Source of the DNA: Eledone cirrhosa
Lineage: Eukaryota
NCBI GenBank assembly: GCA_964016885.1
Contig: OZ024740.1
Coordinates: 327,546,001 to 327,610,000 of the forward strand
Reading direction: 5' to 3'
DNA length: 64,000 nucleotides
Below, piece by piece: positions 55,960 to 64,000 of the stretch. The notes beneath the pieces were generated by a model, which was given only the letters and a program-made list of their open reading frames with translations, had not been told where the DNA came from and did not search any database. Every line of letters begins with the position of its first letter. Position 1 is the first letter of the stretch. Position numbers and translations under genes: made by a program.

Positions 55960-58900
55960 ATCTATCTATCTAAGGCGGGTAAAATTCCCGAGATCCATGG
56001 ACGAGTTCTCTCCAGCGGTCTCTGTCCCTCATTATCGCTGCCATATCCTGCATCTCCAACAGACCAGTGTCTGTCCTTAGGGCATCAACATATGTTAACC
56101 TTGGTCTTCCTCTTTTAGTGTGTCCATGTAGGGGCTCCCAAAGGAGCACTGAGTGCAATGTCAACTCTGGATGTCGGTGAGCATGTCCAGCCAACCTCAG
56201 TCTCCTCTGTGTCACTTTTGAGCTGACTTTTGGGATGCTCCCATACAGCTCTGAGTTTTTCATCCTCAGTGTATACTGATTAATGTCCAGAGCCATCCTC
56301 AGCATTCTCGTGTAGCACCCATCCACCATCTGAGTGAGTCTCTTGGTCAGTGTCCAAGTCTCAGACCCATACAGCAGCACAGACTCCACTACAGCAATGA
56401 AGAGGCGGATTTTCAGGTCTCTACGAAGGTCCGACTTCCACACCGATCTCAAGCTGTGACACGCCGCCCAGGCCTTGCTCTTCCTCTCAACCACATCATC
56501 TTCCGTATATCCAATCTTTGCTCCCAAATACAGGAAGTCCTCAACCAATTCCAGCGGCTTCCCGCCTACATTAGTGATCCCCTCTGGCTTCTCAACATTC
56601 TCTACCAGATATTTTGTTTTAGTCTCATTCATTCTCAGCCCCACACTCATCGACACAGTCTCAACCTCCCGCATCAAATCCTCTGCCTCCTTCACTGTAT
56701 TTGTCACCAAAACTATGTCGTCGGCAAATTCAGCATCCGATACCTTTTTCGCCCCAACTCTCCTGCTCTGAGCCGGTGCTACAGTAAAGCCAGTGTCCTG
56801 GTGTTTCTCCAGTGCAAGGCGCATACAATAGTCCACTACGATGATAAAAAGGTAGGGAGCCAATGTATCTCCCTGGAGCACTCCAGCCAGTATCTCAAAG
56901 AACTCTGTCATCCCATCAGGTGTAATGACTTGGGCTTTGGTGTTGGTGTAGAGCAGTGATATCAGGTCCACTATCCTCTTGGGGATTCCATAAGCCTGTA
57001 AGATCTTCATCAGGCAGTAACGGTCCACAGAATCAAAGGCCTTCCTAAAGTCAATGAAAACCATGACCGCAGGAAGGCACTTTGCTCTAACTCCCTCTAA
57101 TATCCTCCTCAGCATAAGGATGTGACTGGTGGTTGATCTACCCTCTCTGAAGCCGTTCTGGTTGTCCCTGAGCTTCTTCTCCATCTCAGGCTGGATCCTG
57201 TTAAGAATCATCCTGTTGAGGGTCTTTGCCACAAGTGACGTCAGTGAGATCCCCCGGTAGTTGTTGGTGTTAGAGAGATCTCCCTTCTTTGGCACTGGGA
57301 CGATGTTACTGATCCTCCACTGATTCGGGGCAACTCCTTTCTCCAGTGCCCCGTTACAGAACCCCAGGATGATATCATCAAAATCACACCTCTTCATCAC
57401 CTCTGATGCCACTCCATCTTCTCCATGAGCCTTGCCCTCCTTGATCTTCTTCTTGGCTCTCTGAAGCTCCTCTCTGGTGAAGGGCTCTGTCTCAACATCC
57501 AGTTCCTCAAACAGCCGCCTGATCTCCCCAGTGCTCTGGGCTGTGGAGGGTGGCTCTCCTAGTAGGGTCCTAAAATGGTCTAGCCATTTCCTCTTCCTAT
57601 CCTCGGGCCCCGTTCCCTGGATCTGACTCGAACACCTTTTCTTCCTCCCTGTGATCTCGTTGATGATCATCCAGCTCTGCTTACATCCAGATCTGTCAAC
57701 CGCTCTCTCCACACTTCTGATCTTCTCTATCAGTGCCTCCTCTCTGACCTCAGTGTAAGCGGTACAGAGCTCTTCCCTCATCACCTCCACAGTCTCCATC
57801 CTCTCCTCCGTAGGATCAGCATAGAATTGGTCCCTGGCAGCTTTCAGGTGTTCTCTGGCTGCACACACTTTTGGGTTTGCAGAGCTGACGTGCTTCCCTT
57901 TGTTCTTTTTCCTCGGCACCAGGGTTTCACTTGCTTTCGCCACTGCATTGGTGAAGTGCCCGTACCTCCTCGTCACACTCTCCTCAGTCCATCCAATCTC
58001 TCTCTCCTCTGACTCTCCACACAGAGCACTAAACCTGTTTCTCACTTCCACTGTGAACCTCTCCTGTAGCTTATCATCTTCCTTGAAAGCTCCCCAGTCA
58101 TAGATTGTTCTCCGGGGCTGAGCCTTGCTCTTTCTTAAGCTCACGCGGACCTCACTCATAACAAGCCGGTGGTCACTACCCAGTGTACTGAAATAGCTGT
58201 ATGGTTCCGTGTTCAGAACACTATTCCGCCACTTTTTCCTCACCAGAATGAAATCAATCTGGGACTTGGACAGGTGCATATCTGAGATGTAGGTCCACAT
58301 CTTCCCCAGATTCTTCCTAAACCTTAGGTTGGTCGCCATCAAGTTCGCCTCCAGCAGGGTGTCTCTCAGTAGTCTTCCATTTCGGTTGGTATTGTTATGG
58401 AAGTACCAGCAAGGATCTTCACTGCCCTCCTTACTCAGATGTGCATTGAAGTCCCCCAAAACAAGCAGGATATTGTGTGCCTGAGTGGTGTTGACAGCTC
58501 TACACACCTCCTCATGGAACTCCTCGGCATTCACATCACTGTCCCCCTCGGTTGGACTATAGGCTGAGATGACTGTCAGTCTTGGGTTTCCATTGAAGGT
58601 CACCCTCAACACTCGCGGGGAGATAGGCATTATTTCCCTCACCAACAGATTGGTTTCTGCACTGAACACAAAACCCACTCCTCCTACTGCAGCATTTGTT
58701 GTGTTCTTCACTGCCGATGTAGTGATGAGCTGGCTCTTCCTCCCGATCATCACACTCCTCACGGGCTCATCGTGTAGAATCCTGTGTTCTTGGATCGCAA
58801 GTATCTGTATACCACTCTCCTCGAACAGATGTCCCAACTCCTCTCTCTTCTCCAGCGTTCGAATAGTCCTCACATTCAAAGTGCCCATTTTGATGGCTCT

Positions 58901-59278
58901 TCTGCAGGACAAAACTGCATTCTTTATATTTGTCTCAGAGACAGCTGATCCATCATCCACTGGCCCTCTCTGTGGCTCTAAGCCAGCAGAGTCATAACGA
59001 CCAGGCTGCTCCTTGACAGCGTAATTAGGGGCTCTAACCCTAGTGCTGTTAGATCGACTCTCCATATTTCTTTTCAATGGCTGACAATACCTTACCGGTG
59101 CCACTCGAATAAGGTAGTTATTTAACCCATAAATGGAGCCCTAACAGGTACTACCACCCCGGGCCAGGGCAGACCTGGGAGTCATGACAACTAAGGGGTA
59201 ACTCCACATTCCCCACATCTCCTGAACTCCCGAACTGGAGCCTTGCCACTGGATGTAGTTTAATGTCATACCCAGGAC
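55960..59278 (-). mobile_element. Full-length RTE-clade LINE in (TA)n
   Basis: ~200-nt 5'UTR, single ORF, stop codon followed at once by a (TAGA)n tail. Confidence 0.93.
55970..59104 (-). CDS. Intact APE-RT protein (1044 aa; first ATG 59065)
   Basis: GTLNVRT, AIQEH, SAYSPT, GDFNA, IDFI, SDH; [46 protein letters not shown]. Confidence 0.95.
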   Translation of the reverse strand: MAPVRYCQPLKRNMESRSNSTRVRAPNYAVKEQPGRYDSAGLEPQRGPVDDGSAVSETNIKNAVLSCRRAIKMGTLNVRTIRTLEKREELGHLFEESGIQILAIQEHRILHDEPVRSVMIGRKSQLITTSAVKNTTNAAVGGVGFVFSAETNLLVREIMPISPRVLRVTFNGNPRLTVISAYSPTEGDSDVNAEEFHEEVCRAVNTTQAHNILLVLGDFNAHLSKEGSEDPCWYFHNNTNRNGRLLRDTLLEANLMATNLRFRKNLGKMWTYISDMHLSKSQIDFILVRKKWRNSVLNTEPYSYFSTLGSDHRLVMSEVRVSLRKSKAQPRRTIYDWGAFKEDDKLQERFTVEVRNRFSALCGESEEREIGWTEESVTRRYGHFTNAVAKASETLVPRKKNKGKHVSSANPKVCAAREHLKAARDQFYADPTEERMETVEVMREELCTAYTEVREEALIEKIRSVERAVDRSGCKQSWMIINEITGRKKRCSSQIQGTGPEDRKRKWLDHFRTLLGEPPSTAQSTGEIRRLFEELDVETEPFTREELQRAKKKIKEGKAHGEDGVASEVMKRCDFDDIILGFCNGALEKGVAPNQWRISNIVPVPKKGDLSNTNNYRGISLTSLVAKTLNRMILNRIQPEMEKKLRDNQNGFREGRSTTSHILMLRRILEGVRAKCLPAVMVFIDFRKAFDSVDRYCLMKILQAYGIPKRIVDLISLLYTNTKAQVITPDGMTEFFEILAGVLQGDTLAPYLFIIVVDYCMRLALEKHQDTGFTVAPAQSRRVGAKKVSDAEFADDIVLVTNTVKEAEDLMREVETVSMSVGLRMNETKTKYLVENVEKPEGITNVGGKPLELVEDFLYLGAKIGYTEDDVVERKSKAWAACHSLRSVWKSDLRRDLKIRLFIAVVESVLLYGSETWTLTKRLTQMVDGCYTRMLRMALDINQYTLRMKNSELYGSIPKVSSKVTQRRLRLAGHAHRHPELTLHSVLLWEPLHGHTKRGRPRLTYVDALRTDTGLLEMQDMAAIMRDRDRWRELVHGSREFYPP

Positions 59279-59292
59279 ATATATATATATAC

Positions 59293-59407
<115 letters not shown>

Positions 59408-59429
59408 CATATATATATAAATATATACA

Positions 59430-59523
<94 letters not shown>

Positions 59524-59534
59524 CATATATATAC

Positions 59535-59605
<71 letters not shown>

Positions 59606-59630
59606 CATATATATATACATATATATATAC

Positions 59631-59695
<65 letters not shown>

Positions 59696-59700
59696 CATAC

Positions 59701-59807
<107 letters not shown>

Positions 59808-59812
59808 TATAC

Positions 59813-59851
<39 letters not shown>

Positions 59852-59870
59852 CATATACACATATATATAT

Positions 59871-60018
<148 letters not shown>

Positions 60019-60040
60019 ATATATATACATATATATATAC

Positions 60041-60071
<31 letters not shown>

Positions 60072-60072
60072 C

Positions 60073-60107
<35 letters not shown>

Positions 60108-60127
60108 CATATATATATACATATACA

Positions 60128-60341
<214 letters not shown>

Positions 60342-60372
60342 CATATACATATATATAATTATATATATATAC

Positions 60373-60405
<33 letters not shown>

Positions 60406-60510
60406 CATATATATATATGCATATATATATATATACATATATATATACACATATATATATACATATATATATATACATATATATACACATATATATATAT
60501 ATTTATATAC

Positions 60511-60541
<31 letters not shown>

Positions 60542-60556
60542 CATATATATATATAC

Positions 60557-60603
<47 letters not shown>

Positions 60604-60694
60604 TATACACACATATATATATACATATATATATATACATATATATATATATACACACATATATACATATATATTTATATACGTATATATATAC

Positions 60695-60743
<49 letters not shown>

Positions 60744-60744
60744 C

Positions 60745-61620
<876 letters not shown>

Positions 61621-61666
61621 ATATATACATATATATATATATACATATATATATATACATATATAC

Positions 61667-61699
<33 letters not shown>

Positions 61700-61762
61700 C
61701 ATATATATACATATATACATATATATATATACATATATACATATATATATATACATATATAC

Positions 61763-61807
<45 letters not shown>

Positions 61808-61816
61808 CATATATAC

Positions 61817-61850
<34 letters not shown>

Positions 61851-61926
61851 TACATATATATATATACATATATATATATACATATATATATATATGTATA
61901 TATATATATATGTATATATATATATG

Positions 61927-61982
<56 letters not shown>

Positions 61983-62027
61983 CATATATATACATATATA
62001 TATATATACATATACATATATATATAC

Positions 62028-62059
<32 letters not shown>

Positions 62060-62062
62060 GCA

Positions 62063-62130
<68 letters not shown>

Positions 62131-62165
62131 CATATATATATATATACATATATACATATATATTA

Positions 62166-62206
<41 letters not shown>

Positions 62207-62287
62207 CACATATATATATACATATATATATATACATATATATATATACACATATATATATATATTTATATACATATATATATATAC

Positions 62288-62336
<49 letters not shown>

Positions 62337-62407
62337 CATATATATATACATATATATATATACACATATATATATATACACATATATATATATATATATT
62401 TATATAC

Positions 62408-62438
<31 letters not shown>

Positions 62439-62481
62439 CATATATATATATACATATATATATATATACATATATATATAC

Positions 62482-62546
<65 letters not shown>

Positions 62547-62569
62547 CATATATATATATACATATATAC

Positions 62570-62607
<38 letters not shown>

Positions 62608-62610
62608 TAC

Positions 62611-62642
<32 letters not shown>

Positions 62643-62720
62643 TACATATATATATACATATATATATATATACATATATATATACATATATATATATACA
62701 TATATGTATATATATATATG

Positions 62721-62766
<46 letters not shown>

Positions 62767-62769
62767 CAC

Positions 62770-62842
<73 letters not shown>

Positions 62843-62846
62843 CATA

Positions 62847-62920
<74 letters not shown>

Positions 62921-62924
62921 GATA

Positions 62925-63040
<116 letters not shown>

Positions 63041-63046
63041 TATCTA

Positions 63047-63238
<192 letters not shown>

Positions 63239-63254
63239 CATATATATACATATA

Positions 63255-64000
63255 TGCCCTCACGCTATTTCTAATTCTTACTTTTATTATAAACTTAAAG
63301 GTTCTAGTAGTGTAAATTGTATCCATTAGCTGATATATTCCATTACTTATTTTTTTAGTTTAGGTTCTTTTTGTTTACCACCATTATTATCATCATTATT
63401 ATCATTGGTTTTTGATAACTTTTTATTCTAGCTCTCATAATCTTTTGGCTACTATACCATATTTATCTTCTTACACATTAAATTTTCACTATTAACACCT
63501 TATGAGTATATATCTGATTATATATTTTATATTATTTTATTTCATTTTATTTTATTTTATTTTATTTGGATTCTTCTTTGGATAACCCCCCGCCCCCATG
63601 TACACATAAACTTATTGCTAACCCCTTCAAATAAATTATGATTATATTAATCCCCTTTTTTATGCTCCTTTCTATTATATAATACAGTATATTGATTATG
63701 ATTTTATGCTCCTTTGTATCCACCATACATTTCTTTTTTTCTGTCCCTATTAGCCTACCATAATTCTGCTTATGTCAGTTTTTTAGATATCGTTATGTAA
63801 ATGATAGTAGAATATTTCATTCCTTTATATATATATTTATAGTGAAATATTAATGTTTAGGGATTTTGATTACTTAAACCATAGCTAATATTGTATTGCC
63901 TTATTAGGTATTTTAAATATTTTCAATATTAATTTATCAAATAGGGTTTTCTAGTCATTTATCCGGGTTGTTTCCTAAGTTTTTACATAACTGCATGTGA
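63255..64000 (+). mobile_element. Diverged relative of the 32.5-34.4 kb PLE 3' region, running off the window
   Basis: Shared blocks tttatgctccttt, ttctgt(t/c)cc...ctaccata and ggttttctagtca. Confidence 0.5.

Overview
AT-rich eukaryotic (animal) repeat landscape with no recognisable host gene. The SINE type and the very long degenerate (TA)n tracts suggest an octopus or other cephalopod; this is an inference. Almost all the 'YI' ORFs in the track are microsatellite artefacts. The real content is retroelements, most of them inserted in (TA)n: a near-complete Neptune-type Penelope-like element (PLE) in tandem plus inverted configuration (8.05-15.3 kb), two Naiad-type PLE 3' fragments, several non-coding PLE pLTR or retrozyme-like inserts, a near-intact CR1-group LINE with four equally truncated 3'-end copies, an intact RTE LINE, a decayed R4/Dong element, an L1/Tx1 fragment nested in a hAT element, a Tc1/mariner MITE and tRNA-type SINEs. 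Reading by eye gives about 14 type-I hammerhead ribozyme (HHR) motifs from about 9 families. Highlights: (1) a 590-bp tandem HHR repeat with a U3-A8 variant core whose 5' end lies 4 nt from the cleavage site; (2) fold-back mini-inserts whose 5' ends map just downstream of HHR cleavage sites; (3) U_UUU_UUA slippery sites that would fuse ORF1 to the RT ORF by -1 frameshifting in both the PLE and the CR1-group LINE; (4) a CR1-group LINE with an LTR-like 237-bp terminal repeat and an apparently internal TA microsatellite.
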